Counted from the first letter of the stretch, positions 9,349 to 20,863 are shown. The stretch: 64,000 nucleotides of DNA from an uncultured delta proteobacterium (GCA_963762595.1 CAVXLI010000025.1:90366-154365), one strand, 5' to 3'. Notes: generated by a model not told the origin, from the sequence alone. Program-made: numbers and translations.

Positions 9349-9904
9349 TTACACAAATTTGATTCTTAATGCTGCAAAGCAGACCGTTCGAAGAAGAAGC
9401 CAGCCATGTTTCCTTCGGCTGATATTGGCCGTTCCATGGGTACGCTCCCGATAGCGGATGGGAACTTCAACAATTTTCAAATTCAATTTGACGGCGCTAA
9501 ATAAAAGATCAAAATCACCAAAAGGATCGAAATCACCGAAGTATGAACGATTTGCCGCAATTCTTTCATAGTCTGCCTTCCAGAGAACCTTTGTCCCGCA
9601 TAAGGTGTCTTTGATCGGCCGTCCCAATAACCAGGAAAAAGCTAAGAGGATATCACCGCTCGCATGTTTGAAACCTAAACAGATAGCGTCACCTTTACCT
9701 TTATCTTCTTGGCGCAAAAGCTGAGATGGCCGGTGAGGATTAGCATTAATGGCTGTTTCGATTGTTGCATACGTATTGTCTGTCGAATGGCCTTCCACAA
9801 ATATTAACTCCGTGCCGCCTCCCATTTCGGGTACAGAGGCGAATATCTTCGCAATATTCCCGGCTTCATTTCGAGCGGGAATGATAACCGAAACTATGAA
9901 ACAT
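9349..9904 (-). CDS. Family-2 glycosyltransferase, abnormally short; frame switch at the N-terminus and probable internal in-frame deletion
   Basis: VSVIIPARNEAGNI.. and ELIFVEGHSTDNT..GKGDA..GDILL run directly into AFSWLLGRPIKDTLCGTK. No DXD segment follows GDIL. The ATG at 9904 is out of frame by one base. Confidence 0.6.
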
Positions 9905-9973
9905 CCCGTTATTGCTTTTTATCTCTAACCGCGTATTTTAGGTGAAGTTATTTGTGTTAAAAGCCCCTTGTGA

Positions 9974-11784
9974 TTAATGTCTTCGCTTCTGTTCGATTTC
10001 CATAGTAAGCCGTAATGCCCGGCGAGCTTCCTCGTAATTGGGATTAAGATAAATTGCCTGGCGAAAATATTCGATAGCTTCATTTAATTTACCGGTATTG
10101 GCGAGAGCTATTCCCAAACTTAAATAGATTCCAGGATCGTCGGGATCTATTCGCAATGCCTGCCGGAAATGATATAAAGCCTCATTGTGCTTAAGCTGTT
10201 TTCCTAAAATTACACCTAAATTAATGTGCGCACTAGAATTATCCGAATTGGTGCGCAGAGCCTCACGGTAATGTGCAATCGCTTCTTCTAACTTCCCCTG
10301 CTTCTCAAAGGCAAGGGCTAAATTATAGTGAGCGTCGCTATAATCGGGAATAATCTTAATTGCAGCAATATAGTGGACAATAGCTTCGTCAATTCTTCCT
10401 TCATCGGCTAAAGCTACACCAAAGCTTGCGTGCGCCAGAAAATTATTATTTGTTACCTTTAAAGCATGATTAAATAGTTCGATACTGTTTTTCCAATAAC
10501 CGCACTGCTGCCAGGTTAAAAATGTTAAAGCGGCAAGAATAACCGTTCCAGGAATTATAATTATTTTACGCATTTTTTCCCTGGGCAATAAATAAACGAT
10601 ACCCCAGACCAGCATGATGGCGATACCGATGGAAGGCAGGTAAGTATAGCGGTCAGCCATGGCCTGCGAACCTGCCTGTAACAATCCAATTACGGGAAAC
10701 AAAGTAACCAAATACCAAAGCCAGCCTATAAAAAAGAAAGGAGCTTTCTTTATGCTGTAAATAGCAGCGATGCTGATCCCCAATAATAACAAAGAAGCGC
10801 CCAAGACTTGCCATAACGGCAATGAAAATTCATAAGGGTAAATTACCGCCAGATTAAACGGCCAGAAAGTTTTACCAAGATAAGAAATATAAGATACAAT
10901 GGCATTTATTATTCGATTAGAAAACGAAACTTGTTGTAGGGAAGCTATCCCGCCAGCGGTTTGTTGCTGCCAAATAAGCGCAATACTCAAAATCATTGCT
11001 AAAAAAAAGAACGGTACTTTCTCCCACAACAGATTACCGATTAATTGATGGCCGCTTCTGATAGGTTTGACTGTCTTTTTCTCCATCAAAGATTCGGCTT
11101 TGCGCTGTTTACTTTTTTTCTTACCAGCTCTTTTATTAGCTAATGCTGGAACATTCACTGGAGTTGAAGCTTTCTGCCATCTCTCTAACGGCCAGTAATC
11201 AAGCAAAAGCATAATAAAAGGCAGGGTAACCAGCATGGGCTTGGCCATCAAGCTCAAAGCAAACAATATTAAGCAAAGAAAATACTGAGAGACCTTTGAA
11301 CTCTTCGACATAATAGGCATATGCATAAAGACTCGCCATCCCGAAAAACACGCTCAAAACATCTTTGCGCTCTGATGCCCAGGCCACCGATTCCACCCGC
11401 AGGGGATGCAGGGCGAAAAGTGCGGCAACGAAAGCACTAGGCCAGAGTGCGCCGGTAGTTTTACTTAAAAAAAGAAAAAGGAGTATAGCGCTGCCAATAT
11501 GCCATAATAAACTTACCAGATGATGACCGGAAGCATTTGCTCCGAATAAGCTCCAATCCAGCATATGCGAAAGCCAGGTAAGGGGATGCCAATAGCTAAA
11601 GTATGTAGTGGTAAATGCCCATTGAATACTTTTTGCGTTAATGCCTTCTTTAATGTGATTATTTTCAGTAATGTATTTATTGTCGTCATAAATTAATAAA
11701 ATCATTGCCTATAATCCGGCCGAAAGCGATGAGGGAAAAAACAATTAATAATATGACAATTAAATATTTATATTTTTTATTCAT
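9974..11784 (-). CDS. TMTC/PMT-like GT-C membrane glycosyltransferase with C-terminal TPR repeats, paralogue A; disrupted as assembled (at least two frame switches)
   Basis: The N-terminus reads MNKKYKYL..GNDFIN-YDDNKYITENNHI..WHPLTWLSHMLD..GHHL. It has multiple TM segments and then TPRs (AHYNLALAFEKQGKLEEAIAHY). It is paralogous to the next two genes. Confidence 0.7.
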
Positions 11785-11823
11785 CAGTTGAGCCATCCGT
11801 TAAAAAATAAAATTCATTGATAT

Positions 11824-13943
11824 TTATCTCTTCTTTTCTTTTTCCAGGGATAAGGCCAGTTTCAAAGCCCGGCGGGCTTCTTCGTAATTGGGATTAAGAT
11901 AAATTGCCTGACGAAAATGTTCAATAGCTTCATTTAAATCGCCTTTATTGCCCAGAGCTACGCCTAAATTGAAATGGACACCGGGGTTTTGGGGTTCAAG
12001 CAGCAAAGCTCTGCGGTAATAGAGGATTGCCTCGTCATGTTTCTGCTGCCTTTCTAAATTAACGCCAAGATTATTAAGAGACGCGAAAGAAGAAGGCTTA
12101 ATTCGTACAGCTTCGCGGAAATGCTCAATGGCCTGGTCAATCTTGCCCTGTTTCACAAAGACATCGGCTAAATTATAATGGGCGTTGTCATGGTCACGAT
12201 TAATCTTGACTGCTTCCAGGTAATGGCTTATGGCCTGGTCGATTTGCCCCTGCTTTAAAAGCAAATTGGCTAAATTATAATGGGCATCAGCGTAATCAGG
12301 ATTGATTTTAATTGCCTCAAGATAATGGACAATGGCTTCTTCGTTTTTCCCTTGGGCAGCCAGAGCAATACCCAGATTGGAATGGGCTGCATCTTGATCG
12401 GGATTAATCTTGATTGCAGTCAAATAATGGGCGATGGCTTCCTCCGTTTTTCCCTTCGGCGGCCAGAGCAACTCCCAGATTGCAGTGGGCACTATCATGA
12501 TAGGGATTAATCGCAATTGCTTGACTGAAATGAACAATTGCCTCCCCGGTCTTCCCTTGTTTGATAAGAGCATTGGCTAAATTATAATGAGCCAGGTCGT
12601 TATTCTTAGTTATCTGCAAGGCGTGGTTATAGAGGGAGATGCTGCTTTTCCAGTAGCCGCACTGTTGCCAGGTCAAAAATGTCAAAACGGAAAGAACAAT
12701 AACTGCAGCAGGAATTAAAATTATTTTACGCAGTTTTTCCTGGGGCAATAAATAAACAATACCCCAGATGAGCATAATGCCGATGCCGATGGAAGGCAGA
12801 TAAGTATAGCGGTCGGCCATGGCTTGCTTGCCGACCTGCACCAAACCGATTACGGGAATAAGAGTTCCCAAGTACCAAAACCAGCCCACGAACAAAAAAG
12901 GTAATTTTTTAACCGTATAAATAACAGTAATAGTAATTGCGATCAAGATTAAGAGTGCGCCTGCGATAGGCAACTGCAAAAAGGGATCTTCATAGGGGTA
13001 AAACATGGCCAGATCAACCGGCCAAAAAATCTTCCCTAAATAAGAAACATAAGAGATGATAGCGTTGACGACACGTGCAGGAAAGGACAGCTGTTCCATG
13101 GAAGCAATTGCGCCACCTTTGTTTTGAGCCCAGATAGTCACAATGCTCGAAACGATTGTTAAAAAAATAAAAGGCGCCTTTTCCCATAAAAGAGAACGGA
13201 TTATTGAAGAGCGGCTCGCCGGCGGCGTGGATATCTTTTTCTCTTTAGTGGAATCGGCTTTACGCTGTTTAGGTTTCTTCTTTTCTGATCTTTCACTAGT
13301 CAGCTGCCGGTACGTTGGGGAGAGCGAGAGCCTTCTGCCATCTTCCCAGCGGCCAGTAATCAAGTAAAAGCATAATAAAAGGCAGGGTAACCAGCATGGG
13401 TTTGGCCATTAGTCCCAGAGCAAATAATGTTAAACAAAGAAAATATCTGGCAAGTTTTTGCTCTGCAACGTAGAGGGCATAGACGTAGAGAGTCGCCATA
13501 CCGAAAAACATGCTCAAAACATCTTTGCGTTCGGCCGCCCAGGCAACCGATTCCACCCGCAGGGGATGCAGGGCGAAAAGAGCGGCGACAAAAGCCGAAG
13601 GCCAGAGGGACTTTGTCGTTTTTTCTAAAAAGAAGAATAAAAAGAGGACACTGCCGATATGCAACAGTAAATTAATAAGATGATGACCGGAAGCGTTTGC
13701 TCCGAATAAGCTCCAGTCCAGAGCATGAGAAAGTAGCGTCAGCGGATGCCAGTTACTGGAGACAACAGCGCTAAATGCCCATTTGATCGTTTCCGGATTA
13801 AGGCCTGTTTGAATATGATTGTTTTCAGTGATATAAACGTTATCGTCGAAATTAATAAAATCATTGCCCATAATACGGCCAAAGGCAATAAAAGAAGCAA
13901 GAATTAAAAAAACTGTAATTATATATATGTATTTTTTATTCAT
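11824..13943 (-). CDS. TMTC/PMT-like GT-C membrane glycosyltransferase with C-terminal TPR repeats, paralogue B; disrupted as assembled (two frame switches)
   Basis: ORFs 13296-13943, 12404-13363 and 11824-12573 tile one protein of about 700 aa. It has the NFDDNVYITENNHIQ motif and the longest TPR array of the three. Confidence 0.7.
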
Positions 13944-14056
13944 CTATATTAAACATTCACATAAAAAATAATAAAAAAGAATTCACTAGTGTATTTATAA
14001 AAAAATTGTAAGTCAACTTCAAAACATGCCGCTATTAAAGAAATTGGTGATGGCAA

Positions 14057-15882
14057 TTAACGACTTTGTCGCTGTTGTATTTCCAATGCCCGTCGCAGTG
14101 CCAGCCGGGCATGGTTCATAATTGGGATCCAGATAAATTGCCGTACGGAAAGATTCAATGGCTTCTTTCAATTCGCCTTTTCTGCCCAGCGCTATTCCTA
14201 AATTAAAATGAACACCCGGATTGTTAGGATCAACCTGCAGTGCCTGCCGGTAATGATAAATAGCCTCGTCATGCTTGAGCTGCGCTTCGAGATAAACCCC
14301 TATATTATTATGAGCCTTGGAATAATAAGGGTTGATGCGCAGTGCTTCCCGATAATGCGCAATCGCTTCTTCATCCGCTCCCTGCTTCTTTAAGGCGTTG
14401 GCGAAATTATAATGAGTTGTGTCGTCATTGGGCTTTACCTGTAAAGCTAAGCGATAATGAGAAACGGCTTCATCAATTTTTCCTTCGGCAGCCAGGGCAA
14501 TGCCCAGATTGGTATGCGCCAGATAATTATTTTTGGTTACCTCCAGAGCATGGTTAAAAAGGGAGATGCTGTTTTTCCAGTAGCCGCATTGCTGCCAGGT
14601 CAAAAATGTCAAAACGGAAAGAACAATAACTGCAGCAGGAATTAAAATTATTTTACGCAGTTTTTCCTTGGGCAATAAATAAACAATACCCCAGGCCAGC
14701 ATAATGGCGATGCCGATGGAAGGCAGATAAGTATAGCGGTCGGCCATGGCCTGCCTGCCGACCTGCACCAAACCGATTACGGGAATAAGAGTTCCCAAAT
14801 ACCAAAACCAGCCGACAAAAAGAAAAGGAGCTTTCTTGATGAAGTAAATAACAGCAGCGCTGATTCCCAGTAAAAGTAATATGGCACTCAAAAACCTGCC
14901 ACATTGGAAATGAATATTCATAAGGATAAAATACCGCCAGATCAACCGGCCAGAAAATTTTACCATAGATAGGAAACATAAGAAATAGATCGCGTTTAAA
15001 ACACGTTCAAAAAAAGGCAATTTATCCAGAGAAGCAATCGCGCCGCCCTTGTTTTGCGCCCAGATAGTCACAATAGCTCGAAACGATTGTTAAAAAAATA
15101 AAAGGAATCTTTTCCCATAAAAGAGAACTGATTAATTGAAGGCGGCTTTTGACAGGCGTGGATATCTTCTTTTCTCCAGTGAGCATCGGCTTTACTCTTT
15201 TTACTTTTCTTCTTTTGCTGATCTTGGCAATAACAGCTGTCGTATCGCTTGGCGGAGATTGAGAGCCTTTTGCCATCTTCCCAGCGGCCAGTAATCAAGT
15301 AAAAGCATGACAAAAGGCAGGGTAACCAGCATGGGTTTGGACATCAGGCTCAAAGCAAATAATGATTAAACAAAGAAAATATTTGGAAAGTTTTATGCTC
15401 TTCAACATAAAAGGCATAGGCGTAAAGAGTGGCCATACCGAAAAACATGCTTAAAACATCTTTGCGTTCCGCCGCCCAGGCAACGGATTCCACCCGCAGG
15501 GGATGCAGGGCGAAAAGAGCCGCGACAAAAGCCGAAGGCCAGAGAGCTTTTGTTGTTTTGTTTAAAAAGAAAAACAAAAAGAGAACAGCGCCGATATGCA
15601 GAAGCAGGCTGACTAAGATGATGACCGGAAGCGTTTGCTCCGAATAAGCTCCAGTCCAGAGCATGAGAAAGCCAAGTCAGCGGATGCCAGTTACTGGAGA
15701 CAACAGCGCTAAATGCCCATTTGATACGTTTCGGTATTAATGCCGGATTTAATATGATTATTTTCAGTGATATAAACATTATCATCAAAATTAATAAAAT
15801 CATTGCCCAAAATACGGCCAAAAGCAATGAAAGAAGCAACGATTAAAAAAATGATAATTAGATATTTATATTTTTTATTCAT
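14057..15882 (-). CDS. TMTC/PMT-like GT-C membrane glycosyltransferase with C-terminal TPR repeats, paralogue C; heavily disrupted as assembled (at least five frame switches)
   Basis: Six overlapping ORF fragments span 14019-15839. The reconstructed C-terminus ..NYE-HARLALRRALEIQQRQSR stops at 14057. The segment 14540-14790 is nearly identical to 12590-12870. Confidence 0.6.
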
Positions 15883-15913
15883 GAGCGGGAAATAGGGGAG
15901 AATGTTATTAAGT

Positions 15914-16629
15914 TTATTTTAGCCAGGCGAAACGGCAAGCTGTTTTCAAACAGCCCAAACCGTATTTTACACTGCGGGTAAAATTAATGGAAGATGCTTC
16001 CGCAAAATAACTTGTCGGACAGCTCACTTCGGCCACGGTATAGCCAAACCAGATAATTTGAGCAAGCATTTGATTGTCAAAAACAAAATCATCGGAATTA
16101 TTTTGCAGCGGCAGTTTCAGTAAAAGCTCGCGGGAAAAGGCGCGGTATCCGGTATGATATTCGGAGAGTTTCGCTCCGATTAAAATATTTTCCGCTAAGA
16201 GTCAAAAAACGGTTGGCAATATATTTCCAGAACGGCATGCCGCCTTTCAGGGCATAGCCGCCCAGGATGCGGGAACCAAGCACGCAATGATAAAGACCGC
16301 TTGCGATTAATGAGGCCATCGCCGGAATCAGCTTCGGCGTGTATTGATAATCGGGATGCACCATAATTACAATATCCGCGCCTTCTTCCAGCGCCAGCCG
16401 GTAACAGGTTTTCTGGTTGCCGCCATAGCCGCAGATTTTTTTCATGCACAAAAAGTTTTGTCTGGGGAAGTCCTGCCGCGATTTTCGCGGTATTGTCGGA
16501 ACTGGCATCATCGACAAAAACAACCAAATCCACAATGCCCTGAGCCATAACCTCTTCGTATGTTTTGAGGAGGGTTTTTTCGGCGTTATAAGCCGGCATG
16601 ACGACGACTACTTTTTTATTCTGAAACAT
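15914..16629 (-). CDS. Family-2 glycosyltransferase (polyprenol-phosphate sugar synthase/Dpm1-like), disrupted as assembled (two frame switches)
   Basis: The sequence reads [28 protein letters not shown], then [20 protein letters not shown], then [25 protein letters not shown], ending ..RFAWLK-TAA at 15914. Confidence 0.65.
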
Positions 16630-16649
16630 ATTTATTCTAAATCCGCTTG

Positions 16650-17687
16650 TTAAGAAAAATGAGTATTAAGTTTTTGCTGCTGTAATTTCGCTTCCGCAAC
16701 AATTCTTTCCATAAGTTCGGCCACCGTCGGTTCATCGTGAATCAGACCGGTAACCTGTCCCACGGGAAGCACGCCCTTTTTCGTATCGCCGTCTTCCGTG
16801 GCGAGCTTTATCGCGTTAAAGCCGTTAGCCATAAAAGCCAGTTGCCGGGCATTTTTCCAGCCGGAAAGTAACACTCCCAGAAACAACTTGCTAAAGGGCA
16901 AACCCAATTGCTTGGCAATCTCCTGCGCATTAAAAAAAGCCGCCGGTAAATTCAGGCCTCGCTTAATGGCTTTTTTAGCGGCATGTGTTTCCAGGACGCG
17001 GCATAAAATTCCGTCAAAACGATCGGAAAAAAGCGTATCGTTGACGTCTTTTTCGATGGATAAATTTTTATAAATTTCATGCAGAGGACTTTCCTTGGTC
17101 GTCATAAAACGAGTGCCCATGGCAATGCCTTCCGCGCCCAGAGCCAGCGCCGCCGCCAATCCCCGCCCATCGGCAAAACCGCCGGCGGCAATAACGGGAA
17201 TATTAATGGTATCAACCAGAGAAGGAATAAGAACAAGAGATGTTACATGTTCGCCGTGCGCCGCAGCTTCGTGACCTGTCGCAATAACGCCATCAGCGCC
17301 ATAATCCTGCGCGCGTTTGGCGTGGCGCGCGTTGACAACTGTGGCAATAACTTTTCCGCCGTAGGTATGCGCTTCTTTTACAATCCAGTCGCCTTTGCCC
17401 AGCGAAAAATTAATGACCGGCACCTTTTCTTCCAATAAAACTTTGGCGTTTTCACTTGCGCCCGGGAAAAGAAGTGTGGCATTGGCTCCAAAAGGCTTAT
17501 CGGTGAGGGAGCGGATTTCTTTTATGGCCTCGCGTGTCTGTTCGGCATTGAACGGACCTGTGGCTAAAATGCCCAAACCGCCGGCGTTGGAAACAGCCGC
17601 AACCATTTTCGGAACGCTGATCCAGCTCATGCCGGATAAAATAATGGGATACTTAATGCCGAAAAGTTCTGTAATCTGGGTTTTCAT
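16650..17687 (-). CDS. Nitronate monooxygenase family FMN oxidoreductase (FabK-like enoyl-ACP reductase II candidate)
   Basis: This is an intact 345-aa ORF with YPIILSGMSW, GGLGILA and IAAGGFADGRG. Confidence 0.75.
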   Translation of the reverse strand: MKTQITELFGIKYPIILSGMSWISVPKMVAAVSNAGGLGILATGPFNAEQTREAIKEIRSLTDKPFGANATLLFPGASENAKVLLEEKVPVINFSLGKGDWIVKEAHTYGGKVIATVVNARHAKRAQDYGADGVIATGHEAAAHGEHVTSLVLIPSLVDTINIPVIAAGGFADGRGLAAALALGAEGIAMGTRFMTTKESPLHEIYKNLSIEKDVNDTLFSDRFDGILCRVLETHAAKKAIKRGLNLPAAFFNAQEIAKQLGLPFSKLFLGVLLSGWKNARQLAFMANGFNAIKLATEDGDTKKGVLPVGQVTGLIHDEPTVAELMERIVAEAKLQQQKLNTHFS

Positions 17688-17754
17688 AAATAAAATTTCT
17701 CCTTAATAAAATTAATTTGTCAGCATGAATTATGAGCAGTAAATTCCACAATCC

Positions 17755-18627
17755 TTACTTTTTGCTGTAGTCGTAAACGCCCCGGCCTGTTTTGCGCCCG
17801 AAATTGCCGGCGCGGACAAGTTTTCTTAAACATGAGCGCGGGACGATATTTGTCGCCCAGCTCTCTGTGTAAATCTTCCATGATATGCAGCAGAGTATCA
17901 AGACCGACCAGATCAGCCAGCGCCAAAGGCCCGATCGGATGATTGCAGCCCAGCATCATGCCTTTATCGATATCTTCCGCGTGAAGCCAGGCCTTCATCC
18001 AGAGCAAAGAAAGCTTCGTTGAGCATCGTGCAGAGGATGTCGATTGACAACAAATGCCGGGGCTTCTTTTACAATGATCACTTCTTTGCCGATTTTCTTG
18101 CCCCAGGCTTTGGCAATTTCGAGTGTTTCATCGGAAGTCTGATGGCCGCGGATTATTTCCAGAAGTCGCATAACCGGAACCGGATTGAAGAAATGCGTGC
18201 CGATGAAGCGATCCGGCCTTTTGGTTACGGAAGCCATCTCGGTAATGCTCAGGCCCGAAGTGTTTGTAAAAAACAGACAATGTTTCGGCACAATTTCTTC
18301 GAGTTCGGTATAAACCTTTTTCTTCACATCCATTACTTCGATAACGACTTCGACCACCACATCCGCCCCCGTTGCCGCCTCTTTCAAATCCAGAGTGGGT
18401 TTGATACGGCCGAGAATCGAATCCATTTGTTCTTTTGTTATTTTGCCTTTTTCCGCATCGCGGTTGAGATTCTTTCTGATTGTGTTCATTCCGCCGTCAA
18501 TAAATCTCTGCTCAATGTCCCGCATGGTCACTTCATAACCCGCCTGAGCGCAAATCTGCGCAATGCCATTGCCCATTAAACCGGCACCCAACACGCAAAC
18601 TTTTTTGATTTCCACGTCATCCTCCAT
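17755..18627 (-). CDS. 3-hydroxyacyl/3-hydroxybutyryl-CoA dehydrogenase, disrupted as assembled (two frame switches)
   Basis: It has VLGAGLMGNGIAQ (Rossmann fold) and NRHPL.. The C-terminal piece ..GDKYRPA.. is followed by the reconstructed end KLVRAGNFGRKTGRGVYDYSKK-TAA at 17755. Confidence 0.75.
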
Positions 18628-18773
18628 AATAAATATTTGTATTTATTGTATAAAATAATTAATTCGGTTATTTGTTCTTGTGGAAACGTAGCAGACAAAA
18701 CGCGCCAAAGTCAAGAAAAAACCAAGAATATAATTTTATTGAAGAGCTTCGGCATATGTGCCAATATTAGTTC

Positions 18774-19292
18774 ATGCATATTTTGGTCGATGGTTATAAT
18801 TTGATCCGGCAATCCGATCTTTTGCGACGTTATGAGCGGCACAGCCTGGAGGCGGGACGTTTGGCTTTAATGTCGAAGCTTAGCGATTATAAAAGAAAAA
18901 AGGGACATAGAATTACGGTAGTTTTTGATGGCTGGAAAAGTGGCTCGGAGTATGAAGAGCGTGACCGGCAGGGAAACATTGATATTATTTACTCACGCCA
19001 TGGAGAAAAAGCCGATGATGTCATAAAAAGAATTACGGCTCAAACGGCCGAAGAAACAATAGTCGTTTCTTCCGATCGGGAGATTGCTTCATATATAACG
19101 CGGCAGGGGAAAACCGCTCTATCTTCTCCAGAGTTTGAAACAATTATGAATAGAGCTATCTCTCCGTCATTGAGCAGAATATATGAGTCGGAAAGTGAAG
19201 AAGGTAATGTTCACAGACGCAAAAAGAAGGGTCCGGCAAGAAGACTGCCGCGAACCAAAAGGCATGCACAAAAAAAAATCAGGAAACTTTAA
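18774..19292 (+). CDS. NYN-domain (YacP/Rae1-like) putative RNase
   Basis: It reads MHILVDGYNLIR..ITVVFDG..VVSSDREI and has a basic C-terminal tail. Confidence 0.65.
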   Translation: MHILVDGYNLIRQSDLLRRYERHSLEAGRLALMSKLSDYKRKKGHRITVVFDGWKSGSEYEERDRQGNIDIIYSRHGEKADDVIKRITAQTAEETIVVSSDREIASYITRQGKTALSSPEFETIMNRAISPSLSRIYESESEEGNVHRRKKKGPARRLPRTKRHAQKKIRKL

Positions 19293-19482
19293 TCAATGAC
19301 ACTCGTTGAAAACAAACGAAGTGAAGTTTGAAGCGCAAGTGGAATTAATGAAACTCAGATATTGCAAGTGCAGTGCAGTAATATCTGTTAGTTGAATTAA
19401 TCCCACCGAAGGCGGGGTTGATCCCGTAAGCGAAGCTTATCGGGATTGATTGCTTAAGCGAAGCGATGCGGGATAATTCGAG
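19293..19482. repeat. Mosaic hairpin-module repeat cluster (locus R2) filling the convergent gap between the NYN gene and holA
   Basis: There are six modules joined by caagtggaattaat, ttagttgaattaat, ttgat and attgat linkers. The last module is inverted, so GAATTAATCCC (19394) and GGGATAATTC (19470) form outer inverted repeats. Confidence 0.85.
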
Positions 19483-20845
19483 TCAGCTACCCTCTTTGGC
19501 ACACGCTTTAATCAAAAAATTCTCCAGTAAAAATTGCGGCTCAGCGGCCGAAGATTTAAAGGCGCGGTCAATCTCCAAGAGTGTATCGAGAAAATTGACC
19601 AGGCTGGGATAAGAAAAATTTCCGCAGTTCCTGCAGGCATTATAAATAACAAACGGATGCTGGCTAAAAAGGAGGCCATCAAACTTGGGTATAGATTGGG
19701 CTATTTCATTTAGCTTCGGATAGACATTTTTCTGGAACCAGCCATATTCCACATTTTTTTTAAATGCAGGCATTTTTCCCGCATCCACTAAAATTCTGGC
19801 CTGCAACAAAAATCTAATTTCTTTTACAAGCATAGTCAGAATCATCAAATGATGTAAGCCCTGATCCAATAGAGCTTTTAGAGCGTTTAGTGCTGCCAGC
19901 TGATTCTTTTCGCTAAAAGCGGCCGTTAAAGCAAAGATAGAATCTTCCTTTGTCCGTCCGACAACTTCTTCTACATCATTTTCCTCGATCAGGGGACTCT
20001 CACCGACAAAAAAGACGAGCTTTTCCAATTCCGTCATAGAACGCCTTAATTCCCACCCCGTCTTTTTGCCTAAGGCAATCCATGCTGCCGGTGTCAGTTT
20101 CTTTCCGCAACTTTCCAGTAATTTTTGTGCTTCCTTTGTTAAATTTTCCTTCTGCACGGCTTCCGAGCGAGCTTTACCGAAGTATAGTACTTCGCCTATA
20201 TCGGAGATGATTTTAAAAATCTTTTTCCTTTTATCAATTGCGCCTGCCGTAAGAATTAAGCAATTTCCTGGGGCAAAACCTTTTTGCAAAATTTCTCCTA
20301 ATTTCTCCGTATTATCACTGCCGGATTCACCGCTCAATACCAGGCCGGATGAAAGAGCTAAAACACGGGGCAGCCATTTTTCGCGATCTTCTCCCGCATC
20401 GCCCTCCACAATCCTGTGCCACTCTTCGTCGGTAATCTTCTTCCATCCGGCGTCTTGTAAATCTTCCAAAGAAAAGCCTGCCAGCTTTAAAAAAGTTAGA
20501 AAAGATTTTGCCGCTTTCGCCGGATTTTCATCAATGTTGATGCGTATTTTTTGAATTAGATCAGCTAAATTTTCGCGGGATTGAAAAATAGTGGTATTTT
20601 TCACTACGACCACTTTCCTGCTTGCCCAAAAGGGAAGGCGTTAAAAGGTAGTTAAGCAGACTGTCCATATCGGTATTTTCGCCTTCCAGATAAAAAAGAC
20701 CGAAATCCCGGTCAGCCGCAGGTAAAATTATATCCAAAATTTTATCGAGGGTTTCGCTGATTTGATATTCCTCTTCTCCATAAAGAAGATAACAAGGCGC
20801 AACAACACCTTTTTTCAAATCAGCTAAGATTTTTTCCATGGCCAT
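19483..20845 (-). CDS. holA: DNA polymerase III delta subunit, disrupted as assembled (one frame switch near 20560-20615)
   Basis: ORF 20561-20845 (YLLYGEEEY) plus ORF 19483-20613 make up the delta-subunit N- and C-terminal domains. Confidence 0.75.
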
Positions 20846-20863
20846 AAAGGACTAAATCGGGGA

